From: an uncultured beta proteobacterium
Lineage (GTDB): Bacteria > Pseudomonadota > Gammaproteobacteria > Burkholderiales > SG8-39
DNA: 64,000 bases
Direction of reading: 5' to 3'
NCBI GenBank assembly: GCA_963782655.1
Contig: CAWALA010000005.1
Coordinates: 163,587-227,586, forward strand
Shown one piece after another: positions 40,869 to 52,439 of the stretch. Numbering within the stretch: the stretch's first letter is position 1; each line of letters opens with the position of its first letter. A program made the translations under genes and the position numbers. Under the pieces are notes generated by a model. It did no database searches, was not told the DNA's origin, and worked only from the letters and a program-made list of their open reading frames with translations.

Positions 40869-43800
40869 ATGACCACGCTGCAGATCACGTTCGTTTCCGA
40901 GAGCGCCGGCTACGACAACGCCTTTGGCTGGTACAACAGCCGCACAGGCGAAGCCGGCATCATCTTCATCAACACGAATGACGACGGTCCGAAGGCCGGC
41001 ATCTCCGCCGGCACGACCGCAACGATCGACGTCGCGCAATCGGACATCGATGCCGGGAACATCGGCTTCTTCCTGATCCCCAACGGCGCCGACATCTACG
41101 GCACGGGCAAGAAGAGCGTCCTCAACGGCCCGCTCAGCTTCGACACGAAGCCAAACGGCGACGGCCAGATCCTCGATGCGCACGGGCATAACCTGCGCGG
41201 CGAGCAGGGCGAGATCATCTTCACCGACCCGACACTCAACAAGCACAACACCGACTACACCTCCGATCACGCGGGCCGCGGCCAGTCACGCGCCGACCTC
41301 GCCGCGGACAACGCCGACGGCATCACCGGCCGCATCGCGTTCGAGGACCAGGTTCGCCACGGCGACCGCGACTTCAACGACCTCGTGGTGGACGTGCAGA
41401 TCGTCAACACCAATCGTCCGCCGGTGGTCGAAGACCAGTCGTTCCAGATCGCCGAGAACTCGGCGGCCGACACGCTCGTCGGCCAGGTCGCGGCGAGCGA
41501 TCCCGACGCCGGCCAGAGCCCTCAGCTACGCTATCGTCGCCGGCAACGAGAACGGCGCCTTCGCCATCAATGCGGCCACCGGCGCGATCACGGTGGCGGA
41601 CGCGAGCAAGCTCGACTTCGAGGATCCGGACCTCGATTCGTACGACCTCACCGTCAAGGTGACCGACAACGGCACCGGCGCGCTCACCGATACGGCGATC
41701 GTGAGCATTGCGGTGACCGACGCGCCGCCGATCGTCGGCACGCCAGGCGACGACAACTTGTTCGGCACCAACGGCGACGACGTGCTGATCGGCGATCTGG
41801 GCAACGATGTCCTGCGCGGCGGCGCCGACAACGACGTGCTCAACGGCGGCGTGGTGGCGGATTTCCAGTCCGACATCGGCTTCCGCGACACCGACCGCGC
41901 GGACTACAGCGCGGCGGCAAGCGGCGTGAACGTCAACCTGGCGAGCGGCATCGCGCAGGACGGCGATGGCGGCACCGACACCCTGATCGGCGTCGAAGGC
42001 GGTGATCGGCTCGGCATACGACGATGTCCTCACCGGCGGCTCCGACGCGTTTGTGGAGTACTTCCGCGGCGGAGCGGGCAACGACACGATCGACGGCGGC
42101 AAGCTGGAACGATCGCGCGGAGTACATGGACGCCACCGGCGGCATCGCGGTCAATCTCGCCGCGCTGGCGCCCAACATGGGAACGGTCACGGGCGACGCC
42201 TCCGTTGGCAGCGACACCCTGATCAATGTCGAGATCGTCTACGGCACCGATTTCGCGGACTCCTACGTCGCCACCGGCTTCCTCGAGCGCCAGCCAGCCC
42301 GGCGGGTTGCTCAGCAACTTCAACGCGTTCGAGGGCCGCGCCGGCAACGACAACATCGTCGGCAACGGCGGCACGCGCATCGAGTTCACGGGCGCAACCG
42401 GCGGCATCGTGGCGAATCTCGTCACCGGCATCGCGACGGGCGACGCCTCGGTGGGCACTGACACCTTCACCGGCGTCAACTCCGTTCGCGCCACGCAGTT
42501 CGCCGACACGCTGCTTGGCGGCAATCCGCTCCTGAACGGCTTCGAGAGCTTCGAGGGCCGCGCGCGGCGACGACTACATCGAGGGCGGACAGGGCTTCGA
42601 TCTCGCCGTGTATGCGTTCGACGGCCCCATCACGACCGGCATCACGGTCGATCTCGCCGCCGGCACCGTGTCGGGCGACCCGCTGCTCACGGGCACCGAC
42701 ACGCTGCGCGGCATCGAGGGAATCCGCGGCTCGCACCTGAACGACTGGTACGACGCCACCGGCTTTTCCGTCGGCCAGCGTCAATGCCGGCTCGCTGGGC
42801 CCCTCGGGCACGTACAACGAGTTCGAGGGCGTGGCCGGGGACGACACCATCACCGGCAACGGCAATACGCGAATCATCTACACGGCAGCCCGCGAGGGCG
42901 TCAGCGTCGACCTCGCCGCCGGCACGGCGGTGGGCGGCGCTTCGGTCGGCACCGACACGATCGTGGGCGGCGTCTGGGCAGTGCGGGGCTCCAACTTCAA
43001 TGACGTGCTGATCGGCTCTGCTGCCAGCGAATATTTCGAAGGCCGAGCCGGAAACGACACCATCGACGGCGGCGATGGCTTCGACACCGCGGCCTACGAC
43101 GTCGGCGCCAGCGGCGGTGGCACGTTCGTCGCCAACGCGTCCGGCGGCTTCAGCGCGACCGCCGCCGGGCTGGGCACCGACACCGCTGTCCAACATCGAG
43201 CAGATCATCGGCACGAATTTCGGCGACCTGTTCGACGGCTCGGCCTCATCGCTCGGCTACACGTTCCTCGGACGGGGCGGCAACGACACGCTGATCGGCT
43301 CGCAGGGAAGCGACTTCCTGTCGGGCGGCGACGGCAATGACGTGCTCGTCGGCGGCGCCGGCAGCGATTACATGGACGGCGGCTTCGGCGCTCGACCGCG
43401 CGGACTACTCCGCCGCGTTCGGCGCGGTCAACGTCGACCTGATGCCTTCGGCACGGCGACCGACGGCATGGGCGGCATCGACACCTTGTTCAGCATCGAG
43501 GAGGTCGCGGGCTCGCGCGTTCGACGACACCCTGTTCGGCGACTGGCGCGACAACGGGCTGCTCGGCGGCATGGGCAACGACCTCCTGCGCGGTGGCGAA
43601 GGCGCGGACTACATCGACGGCGGCCCGGGGGCGGACCGCATCGACTTCGACAGCCCGTGGGACGGCGTGGATACCGTGGCAGGCTTCGAGGCGGTGCCGG
43701 GCGGCGACGTCATTGACATCGCCGACCTGCTGCAGAACTGGACCGGCTACGCCGGCGGCGCCGGCGGGCCCTTGTCGAGCTTCGTCAGGCTCGAGACGAT

Positions 43801-46800
43801 CGGTCCCGACGCGCAGCTGCAGATCGACCCCGACGGCTTCGGCCCATGTTCTGGCAGCCGCTCGCCACCCTGCTCGGCCGCGCGGGGCTCACGCTCGAGA
43901 CTCTGGTCGCCAACGGCAATCTCGACTCCGGCGCGGTGAGCGGCATCACGCTGATCGGCACACCGGGCAACGACAGCCTGATCGGCACGCCCGGCAACGA
44001 CACGATCCTTGCCGATCTGGGCAACGACTTCCTGCGTGGCGGCGGCGGCAATGACCTGCTCAATGGCGGCGTCGTGGCCGACCTGCAGTCCGATGTGGGC
44101 TGGCGGGACACCGACCGCGTCGGACTACAGCACCGCCTTCACGGGCGTGAACGTCAATCTGGCCACCGGCATCGCCCACGACGGCGAAGGCGGCACCGAC
44201 ACGCTGATCGGCATCGAGTCGGTCACCGGTTCGACCTACAACGACCTGTTCACCGGCTCGAACGCGTTCCAAGAGAACTTCCTGGGCGGCGCCGGCAACG
44301 ACACGATCAATGGCGGCCGGCGGCAACGATCGCGCCGACTACTCCAACGCGAGCGCGGGTGTGTCGATCAGCCTGGGCGGTTTACCCGGCTTCAGCAACT
44401 CGACGGGCACGGTGAGCGGCGATGCTTCGGTGGGTTTCGACACGCTGCTCGACGTCGAGCAGTTCACCGGCTCGAACTTCGTCGACACCTTCAGCGTGGG
44501 CTCGTTCCTGAGCGGCAGCAGTCCCGGCGGGTTCCTCAGCAATTTCAACTCGTTCGAGGGCCGCGGCGGCAACGACGTCATCACGGGCAATGGCGGCACG
44601 CGCATCGAGTACTCGGGCGCCACCAGCGCGGTGAACGGTGAATCTAGCCACCGGCATCGCCACGGGCGACGCCTCGGTGGGCACCGACAGCTTCAGCGGC
44701 GTCAATCAGGTCCGCGGCTCCTCCTTCGACGACACGCTGCTCGGCGGCAATCCGGTCACCAACGGTCTCGAGATCTTCGACGGCCGCGGCGGCAACGACT
44801 TCATCGACGGCGGACAGGGCTTCGACCGCGCCGACTACGCCTTCAACGGAGCGGTCACGACCGGCATCACGGTGAATCTCGCGGCCGGCACGGCGACGGG
44901 CGACGACGGTGCTCACGGGAAGCGACACCCTGCGCAGCATCGAGTCGATCCGCGGCTCGCACCAGGCGGACTTCTACGACGCCACCGGCTTCTCCGGGTC
45001 GAGTACCAACGCCGGCTCGAACGGCACCTTGAACGAGTTCGAGGGCATGGCCGGCAACGACATGATCATCGGCAACGGCAACACGCGCGTCAGCTATTCG
45101 TTCGCCCGCGAGGCCGTGAGCGTCGACCTCGCAGCCGGCACAGCCGTGGGCGGCGCCTCCGTGGGCAGCGACACGATCCTGGGCGGCGTCAACGCGGTGC
45201 GCGGCTCCAACTTCGACGACGTGCTGACCGGGTCGGCGTCGAACAACACCCTCGAAGGCCTCAACGGCAACGACCTGCTGCGCGGCGGCTTGGGCGCGGA
45301 CTTCCTCAACGGCGGCGCGGGCTCGGACACCTACGACTTCAACATGCTCGAGGAGGCCGCAGACACCGTCTCCGGCTTCGAGGCCGTGCCCGGCGGCGAC
45401 GTGCTCGACATCGCCGACCTGCTCGCCTTCTCCACCAGCTACGCTGGCGGCGCCGGCGGACCCCTGGCTGATTTCGTCAGGCTGCAGGCTGCAGGCTCCG
45501 ACGCACAGCTGCAGATCGACACCAACGGCAGCGCCGGCGGCGGGAATTGGCAGACGCTCGCCACCCTGCTCGGGGGCTCGGGGCTTACGCTCGACACGCT
45601 GGTCGCCAACGGCAACCTCGACACGGGGCCCGCGGCTGGCATCACGCTGATCGGCACGCCCGGTAACGACAGCCTGATCGGCACACCGGGCAACGACACG
45701 ATCCTTGCAGATCTGGGCAACGATTTCCTGCGCGGGGGCGGCGGCAACGACGTGCTGAACGGTGGCGTGGTGGCCGACCTGCAATCTGATACGGGCTGGC
45801 GGGACACCGACCGGGTGGACTACAGCACCGCCTTGAGCGGCGTGAACGTCAACCTCGCATCCGGCGTCGCTCAAGACGGCGAGGGAGGCACGGACACGCT
45901 GATCGGGATCGAGGCAGTGACCGGTTCGTCGCACGACGACGCCTTCACCGGTTCGGGCGCGTACCTCGAGTTCTTCCGCGGCGGCGCGGGCAACGACACG
46001 ATCGACGGCGCGGGCAGCTACGATCGCGCAGAGTACCAGGACGCCACGGCCGGTATCACGGTCAACCTCGGCACGCCGGCACCCAACATGGGAACAGTGA
46101 CCGGCGATGCGTCCGTCGGCACCGACACCTTGATCAACGTCGAGATTGTCCACGGCTCGGACTTCGCCGACACCTTCAATGTGAGCGGGTTCCTGAGCGG
46201 CAGCAGTCCCGGCGGGCTCCCCAGCAACTTCAACGCCTTCGAAGGCCGGGGCGGGGACGACAGCATCGCCGGCAACGGCAACACGCGCGTCGAGTACACG
46301 AACGCCGCCGTTGCGGTGACTGTCAACCTGGGCACGGGTGCTACGACCGCCGTGTACGACCCCTCGGTGGGCAACGACACGTTCTTGGGTGGCATCACTG
46401 CGGTCCGCGGCTCGTCCTTCAACGACACGCTGACCGGCAGCAACTCCTTCGCCAACGAGAGCTTCGAGGGCCGCGGCGGCGACGACTTCATCAACGGCGG
46501 ACAGGGATTTGACCGCGCCGACTACGCCCTCAACGGCCCGGGCGTGGCCGGCATCATGGTCGATCTCGACCTGGGCACGGTGACAGGCGACCCGGTGCTC
46601 ACGGGCATCGACACACTGCGCAGCATCGAGGCGATCCGCGGCTCGTACCTGGCGGACACCTACGACGCCACCGGATTCTCGAACCTCAGCCTCAACGCCG
46701 GCTCGAGCGGCACGCTGAACGAGTTCGAGGGCATGGCGGGCAACGACACTATCACCGGCAACGGCAGCACCCGGCTGAGCTACGTCAGTGCGCGGGAAGG

Positions 46801-48082
46801 CGTGAGCGTCGACCTGCAGTCCAGCACGGCCGTGGGCGGCATCTCAGTGGGCACCGACACGATCGTCGGCGGTGTGAACGCGATGCGCGGCTCCAACTTC
46901 GACGACGTGCTGATGGGCACAAACCACGGCATCAACTCCGCCCAGGTCTACGAGGGCCGCGCGGGCAACGACACCTTCAGCGGCCGCGGCGGCTTCGATC
47001 AGGCAGTCTATAGCTCCGAATCGACGCAGATGGGCATCACGGTCGACATGGACGCGATCAATGCGTTCACCGGCACCGTGACCGGCGATGCGGGAATCGG
47101 CACCGATACCCTGATCGACATCGTGTCGGTAGTCGGAACGTTCTTCAACGACTTCTACAACGCCACCGGCTACAACAGCGCGGTCTCGACGCTGGGCACC
47201 TTCAACGAGTTCGAGGGCGGCTTCGGCGACGACACTATCATCGGCAACGGCAACACCCGCGTCGCGTACCTTGGCGCGGGCTCTGGCGTGACCGTCGACC
47301 TGGGCGCGGGCACCGCCTTCGGCGCCTCCAGCGGCAGCGACACCTTGAGCGGGGTCAATGCGGTACGCGGCTCGAACTTCAACGACCTGTTTATCGGCAC
47401 GACGGCGAACGAGACCTTCGAGGGCCGCGGCGGCGACGACACCATCGACGGCGGCGCCGGCAACGACCTGGTGCGCTTTGACTTCGGCGCAATCGGCTCC
47501 GGCACCTTCCTCGCGAACGCACTGGGCGGATTCAGTGCGACGGCCGCCGGACTCGGCACCGACACCCTCAGCAACATCGAGCAGATCCGCGGCACCAGCT
47601 TCGGCGACCTCATCGACGGCTCGGCTGCGACGCTTGGCTACACCTTCGACGGGCGCGGCGGCAACGATACGCTCATCGGCTCGCAGGGCAACGACACCCT
47701 GCTCGGCGGCGACGGCAACGACCTGCTACGCGGCGGCCTGGGCGCGGACTTGCTCGACGGCGGCTTGGGCTCGGACCGCTTCGACTTCGACAACCTCGCC
47801 GAAGCCGGAGACACGGTCGCCGGCTTCGAGGCGGTGCCCGGCGGCGACGTGCTCGACATCGCCGACCTGCTCGGGATCTCGACCAGCTACGCTGGCGGCG
47901 CCGGCGGACCGCTGGCCGATTTTGTCAGGCTCCAAGCCGCAGGATCCGACGCCCAACTGCAGATCGACGCCGACGGCAGCACCGGCGGCGGGAACTGGCA
48001 GACGCTCGCCACCCTGCTCGGGGGCTCGGGGCTCGAACTCAACACACTGCTGACCAACGGCAATCTCGACATCCTGATCTGA
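40869..48082 (+). CDS. Giant secreted repeat protein: DUF4114 + cadherin-like domain + three RTX/calcium-binding super-repeats, each ending in a T1SS C-terminal-target-like domain; about 15 frame switches between 41500 and 44910, none afterwards
   Basis: ATG at 40869. MTTLQITFVSESAGYDNAFGWYNSRTGEAGIIF...FFLIPNG...RIAFEDQVRHGDRDFNDLVVDVQ (DUF4114-like). PPVVEDQSFQIAENSAADTLVGQVAASDPDAGQ / LSYAIVAGNENGAFAINAATGAITVADASKLDFEDPDLDSYDLTVKVTDNG (cadherin-like). GTPGDDNLFGTNGDDVLIGDLGNDVLRGGADNDVLNGG (GGxGxD nonapeptides). Many ~75-aa modules of the form DRADYSxAxxGVxVNLxxG...G(T/S)DTLxxIE. The chain runs through ORFs 40836, 41176, 42002, 42024, 42226, 42608, 42831, 43075, 43337, 43846, 44009, 44310 and 44638, then the intact 1057-aa ORF 44909..48082. 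Confidence 0.75.
43590..43945 (+). repeat. Internal copy 1 of the T1SS C-terminal-target-like domain (VC_A0849-subclass-like)
   Basis: GGEGADYIDGGPGADRIDFDSPWDGVDTVAGFEAVPGGDVIDIADLLQNWTGYAGGAGGPLSSFVRLETIGPDAQLQIDPDGFGP.WQPLATLLGRAGLTLETLVANGNLD. It is followed in-frame by SGAVSGITLIGTPGNDSLIG. Confidence 0.6.
45285..45640 (+). repeat. Internal copy 2 of the T1SS C-terminal-target-like domain
   Basis: GGLGADFLNGGAGSDTYDFNMLEEAADTVSGFEAVPGGDVLDIADLLAFSTSYAGGAGGPLADFVRLQAAGSDAQLQIDTNGSAGGGNWQTLATLLGGSGLTLDTLVANGNLD. It is followed in-frame, inside the intact ORF 44909..48082, by TGPAAGITLIGTPGNDSLIG. Confidence 0.65.
47730..48082 (+). repeat. Terminal copy 3 of the T1SS C-terminal-target-like domain (the true C-terminus)
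   Basis: GGLGADLLDGGLGSDRFDFDNLAEAGDTVAGFEAVPGGDVLDIADLLGISTSYAGGAGGPLADFVRLQAAGSDAQLQIDADGSTGGGNWQTLATLLGGSGLELNTLLTNGNLDILI-stop. Confidence 0.65.
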
Positions 48083-48089
48083 ACCCCGC

Positions 48090-48109
48090 CCCGGGTACGC
48101 AAACCCGGG
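48090..48109. terminator. Short hairpin between convergent genes (possible bidirectional terminator)
   Basis: CCCGGGT-ACGCAA-ACCCGGG: 7-bp stem directly after the giant gene stop (48080-48082). No U-tract. Confidence 0.3.
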
Positions 48110-48117
48110 AGCGACCG

Positions 48118-48349
48118 TCAGTGCGCGTCGTCGTCGATGCGGCGCACCTCGCGCTCGACGCGGTATTCGCCCTCGATGACGGTGCCCTGACGCCGCCTTG
48201 GCAGATTGCGCGTGCGCCACCACAGCCACGCGCCTACCAGCAGCGCGATCGCCGCCGGCGACTGCGAAGAATCACCGAGGCGAAGACGAGCGCGAGGACG
48301 AAGAGCACGACGGCGAGAACGCCGCCTGCGACACGCTGCAGGAGATTCA
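48118..48349 (-). CDS. Hypothetical small membrane protein; one frame switch near 48270
   Basis: Minus-strand reading LNLLQRVAGGVLAVVLFVLALVFASVI..., then in another frame PAAIALLVGAWLWWRTRNLPRRRQGTVIEGEYRVEREVRRIDDDAH-stop (48118-48120). Two hydrophobic segments. Possible TTG start overlapping the VOC stop. Not in the ORF track. Confidence 0.3.
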
Positions 48350-48742
48350 AGCCGGCGCGGACTCCGACTTGTCGAAGTCGATCTCGACCTTGGCGCCGTT
48401 CGGGTCGAAGAAGAACAGTTGCCAGGTGCCGTAGGCGGGCAATTTGCGCAGCTCGTACTCGATCCCCTTCGCCTTCAGCTTCGCCACCGTTGCGGCGAGC
48501 CCGGTGCCGTAGAAGGCCATGTGGTCAATCACGCCTCTCACCAATTGCGCCTTCGGCTTTCCCGCGACGACGTGCAGGATCGGGTCCTTGCCCTTGCCGC
48601 CGTCGGCATACAGCCAGGCCCCCGGAAAGCTGAACGGCGGGCGCGCGCCCGGCTTGAGGTTGAGGTGCTCCTCGTAGAACGCGAGCGTCGCCGGCAGGTC
48701 GTCGGTGAGGATGTTGAAGTGGTCCATCCGGGTGATCGGCAT
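48347..48742 (-). CDS. VOC (glyoxalase/bleomycin resistance/dioxygenase) family protein
   Basis: Intact 131 aa. MPITRMDHFNILTDDLPATLAFYEEHLNLKPGARPPFSFPGAWLY...VIDHMAFYGTGLAATVAKLKAKGIEYE...WQLFFFDPNGAKVEIDF. Confidence 0.82.
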   Translation of the reverse strand: MPITRMDHFNILTDDLPATLAFYEEHLNLKPGARPPFSFPGAWLYADGGKGKDPILHVVAGKPKAQLVRGVIDHMAFYGTGLAATVAKLKAKGIEYELRKLPAYGTWQLFFFDPNGAKVEIDFDKSESAPA

Positions 48743-48743
48743 C

Positions 48744-49746
48744 TCAGGCTCCCTTCGCCGCGGCCTGCGTCTGCCGCGTCTTGTCCATCACTGTCATCGC
48801 CGTGGTGATCAGCGCTGCGACGTCGGCCGCATTCGCCGGCACGATCAGCGTGTTGGACTGCTTGGCGAGCTCGCGAGAACGCGGCCACGTACTCCTGCGC
48901 CACCTTGAGGTTGGCGGCATCCATGCCGCCCTTGTCCGAGATCGCCTCGCCCACCGCGCGCACCGCGGCGGCGTTCGCCTCCGCGATCAGGCGCAGCGCG
49001 GTGGCCTCGCCCTGGGCGCGGTTGATCGCCGCCTGCTTCTCGCCCTCGGAGCGCAGCACCGCGGCCTGCTTCTCGCCGTCGGCGACGTTGATCTCCTGCT
49101 GGCGCTCGCCCTCGGACTTGGCGATCAGCGCGCGCTTCTCGCGCTCGGCGGTGATCTGCTGCTGCATCGAGCGCAGGATCGCCTCGGGCGGCGTGAGGCT
49201 CTTGATCTCGTAGCGCAGCACCTTGATGCCCCAGTTGCGCCCCGCTTCGTCCAGCGACTGCACGATCTGCTTGTTGATCTCGTCGCGCGACTCGAAGGTC
49301 TTGTCCAGCTCCATCTTGCCGATCTCGCTGCGCAGCGTGGTCTGCGCGAGCTGCGAGATCGCCGCGATGTAGTTGGACGACCCGTAGGAGGCGAGGCGCG
49401 GGTCGGTGACCTGGAAGTACAGGATGCCGTCCACGCCGAGCTGCGTGTTGTCCTTGGTGATGCACACCTGCTCGGGCACGTCGAGCGGCACCTCCTTGAG
49501 CGAGTGCCGGTAGGCGACCCGGTCGAACACCGGCACGATGAAATTGAGGCCCGGCTCGAGCGTGGCGTGGAAGCGCCCGAAGCGCTCCACCACGAAGGCG
49601 CTTTGCTGCGGCACGACGCGCACGCCCTCCAGCACGAAGGCGACCGCCGCGGCGAGGAGGAACACGTACACCGCGTAGGCGGGCGTGCGCGTGAGCGCGA
49701 ACGTGGCGCCGGCGAGCACGAGGGAAATGATCAATTTGACGAGCAT
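48744..49746 (-). CDS. SPFH/band 7 (stomatin-like) protein; one frame switch near 48880
   Basis: ORF 48538..49746 gives VRVVPQQSAFVVERFGRFHATLEPGLNFIVPVFDRVAYRHSLKEVPLDVPEQVCITKDNTQLGVDGILYFQVTDP...LRSEIGKMELDKTFESRDEIN...WGIKVLRYEIKSLTPP...AEREKRALIAKSEGERQ. True tail ELAKQSNTLIVPANAADVAALITTAMTVMDK...AAAKGA-stop at 48744-48746. Confidence 0.88.
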
Positions 49747-49774
49747 GGAACTCCTCCCGTTTGCGGCCGACGCC

Positions 49775-50201
49775 TCAGGCAGGGCGCCTGGACGTCACCC
49801 TGAGCGTGTTGCCGTCGGCCGCGAGCACGTACAGCAGCGCGCCTGGCTGCAACGCGGCATCGCCTTCGAGGCGCGCGTCCCAGCTCGCGCCGCGGTAGCG
49901 CACGCGCGCCAGGCCGGCCTGCTGGTCCACCCAGTTCTCGAAGCTGGCCGGCTGGCCGGCGTCGATCGGCGTCATCTGTCTGCGCGGCGTTGCGCGCACG
50001 GTAAGCGTGCACGAAATACGCGCCCAGCAACGCCAGCACCGCGGCGGCGATCGTCTGCACCGCGAACGTGCCGCCGAACCAGGCCACTGCACCGGCGCCG
50101 AACGCGGCCACCCCCAGTACCAGCAGATAAAAGGTCCCGGTGAGCAGCTCCACGATCACCAGCGCCAGGCCGACGAGCAGCCAGACCAGGTAGGCATCCA
50201 T
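49775..50201 (-). CDS. NfeD family membrane protein; one frame switch near 49985
   Basis: MDAYLVWLLVGLALVIVELLTGTFYLLVLGVAAFGAGAVAWFGGTFAVQTIAAAVLALLGAYFV (ORF 49731..50318 frame). C-terminal OB-like part GLARVRYRGASWDARLEGDAALQPGALLYVLAADGNTLRV (ORF 49775..50092). Sits upstream of the SPFH gene, the usual NfeD-SPFH pairing. Confidence 0.8.
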
Positions 50202-50263
50202 GAGGGCTATTTTGCACGCGAAACGTGCCTGCGCAACCGCGGCCGGGGGGTAGAATTTTCGCC

Positions 50264-51077
50264 ATGCCGGAATCGACCCTGCGCGCGGTCTCCGAAGAGC
50301 TGATCGAGCTCTCGGCAAGCGGCCACACCGCGCCGCCGTTCAGCGCGCGCTTTCCGAAGCTGGACGCCGATGCGGGCTACCGCGCCATGCGCCGGCTGCA
50401 CCAGCATCGCCTGGCGATCGGCTGGAAGCCGCTCGGCCGCAAGATCGGCTTCACCAACCGCAGCATCTGGCCACGCTACGGCGTGCATGAGCCGATCTGG
50501 GGCTTCGTCTACGACCACACCCTCGTGCGTGCCCCCGAGGGCCGTGCCGAGGTGCTGCTCGAGGGCCTGGCGCAGCCGCGCATCGAGCCGGAGATCTGCT
50601 TCGGCCTCAAGGCGCCGCCGCCGCGCTCGCACGATCCGCACGCCATCCTCGCCGCCATCGAGTGGGTGGCGCACTCGGTCGAGATCGTGCAGACGTTCCA
50701 CCCGGACTGGAAATTCACGCTGCCCGACTGCACCGCCGCCAACGGCCTGCACGGGCGCCTGGTGCTCGGACCGCAGGTCCCGGTCGACGCAGCTGCGCGG
50801 CCTGGAGTGGCGCCTGGCGAAGGTCGAGGTCGCGCTCATGAAGGGTGCGAAGACGGTGGACCGCGGCAGCGGCGCCAACGTGCTCGACAGTCCACTCTTC
50901 GCGCTTGCGCACCTGGTCGAGGTGCTCGCCATCCAGCCGGAGTTCGAGCAGCTGCACGCGGGCGAGATGGTCAGCACCGGAACGCTGACCGACGCCTACC
51001 CGGTGAAGGCCGGGGAAACCTGGAGCACGGTGTTCGACGGTCTGCCGCTTCCCGGGCTGGAGATTCACTTCAAGTGA
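50264..51077 (+). CDS. 2-keto-4-pentenoate hydratase / 2-oxohepta-3-ene-1,7-dioate hydratase family protein; one frame switch near 50785
   Basis: [15 protein letters not shown]...[49 protein letters not shown]...[14 protein letters not shown] (ORF 50225..51529 frame). Then [45 protein letters not shown]...[15 protein letters not shown] (ORF 50370..51077). Confidence 0.7.
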
Positions 51078-52270
51078 TGCGGCCGCTGGAGGGCGTCACG
51101 GTGGTGGCGCTCGAGCAGGTGATTGCCGGCCCGTTCTGCACGCGCCAGCTCGCCGAGCTCGGCGCGCGCGTGATCAAGATCGAGCGGCCCGACGGTGGCG
51201 ACGCGGCGCGCGGCTACGACCGCACGGTGCAAGGGGCTGTCCTCGCACTTCGTCTGGACCAATCGCTCCAAGGAAAGCCTCGCGCTGGACGTGAAGCATC
51301 CGGAGGCGAAGCCGGTCCTGGCGCACCTGCTGGCGAAGGCCGACGTCTTCGTGCAGAACCTGGCGCCGGGCGCGGTCGAGCGCCTTGGCCTGGGCGCCGG
51401 CGAGCTGCGCGCGCGCCATCCGCGGCTCATCTGGTGCGGCATCTCCGGCTATGGGCCCGCGCGGCCCGTACGCCGAGAAGAAGGCCTACGACCTGCTCGT
51501 GCAGTGCGAGGCGGGCCTGCTGTCCGTGACCGGCACGCCGGACTCGCCTGCCAAGGCGGGCATCCCGGTGGCCGACATCGCCGCCGGCATGTACGCGCTG
51601 ACCTCGATCCTCGCCGCGCTGCTGCGCCGCGCGCGCGACGGCGAAGGCGCCACGCTCGACATCACCATGTTCGAGGCGCTCGGCGAATGGATGGGGTTCC
51701 CCGCGTACTTCAGCGCCTACGGCGGCACGCCGCCGCCGCGCTCGGGCGCCTACCACGCCACTATCGTGCCCTACGGGCCGTTCCGCGCAGGTGACGGCAA
51801 GAACGGTGTTTCTCAGCATCCAGAACGAGCGCGAGTTCGCGCGCTTCTGCGACAAGGTGCTGGAGAACTCTGCGCTCGCAAAGGACTCCAGGTTCTCGTC
51901 GAGCCCCGCGAGGCTGCAGAACCGCGAGGCGATGCACGCCGAGATCGAAAAGGTGTTCGGCAGGCTCACCGCGGCGCAGGTGGTCGAGCGCCTGGAGCGC
52001 GCCGAGATCGCCAACGCGCGCCTGAACACCATGCAGGAATTCTGGGAGCACCCGCAACTCGACGCGCGCGGGCGCTGGGCGCAGGTCGATACGCCGGCCG
52101 GCCCGATCCGGGCGATGAAGCCGCCGTTCAACCTGTCGGATTTCGAGCCGCGCATGGAGGCCGTGCCCGCACTGGGCGACGCACAGCCGGGGAATTCTTG
52201 CGGAACTGGGCTACGCCGCGGCGGACATCGCGCGGCGCGCCCGGCGTTGCGGGCAAGGCCGGCAAAACAC
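51077..52270 (+). CDS. Family III CoA-transferase (CaiB/BaiF/Frc-like); about 4 frame switches, 3' end not resolved
   Basis: ATG at 51077 overlaps the hydratase stop. [45 protein letters not shown]; [49 protein letters not shown]; [40 protein letters not shown]; [18 protein letters not shown]...[16 protein letters not shown]; [13 protein letters not shown] near 52194-52235. No stop codon in any plus frame until 52372. Confidence 0.8.
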
Positions 52271-52439
52271 CCTCGGCGAGGCTGCCGAGGGTCGGGCCAA
52301 CCGTCAGCGCCAAGTATTGGGCAACACTTTGCTTCACCACTTGGCTGCGGGTCAGCCCGGTCTGCGCGCAATGACGCTCCAGGGTCCTGGCGAGTCCAGG
52401 GTCAAGGCGGACCGAAAGCAGGTTGCGAGCGTTTGTCAT
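52128..52439 (-). CDS. Ribbon-helix-helix (CopG-like) DNA-binding protein; 3' end uncertain
   Basis: ATG at 52437-52439. MTNARNLLSVRLDPGLARTLERHCAQTGLTRSQVVKQSVAQYLAL is a typical RHH beta-strand + two helices. The open frame runs on to 52128, antisense to the CoA-transferase tail, so the real stop may be hidden by an indel. Confidence 0.5.
   Translation of the reverse strand: MTNARNLLSVRLDPGLARTLERHCAQTGLTRSQVVKQSVAQYLALTVGPTLGSLAEGVLPALPATPGAPRDVRRGVAQFRKNSPAVRRPVRARPPCAARNPTG

Noticed and set aside
41735-48082. The three kb-scale repeated blocks as an assembly duplication artefact or mobile element copies
   Set aside because: The copies are clearly diverged at both the DNA and protein level by eye. 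They differ in length and are joined in frame without terminal repeats or transposase genes.
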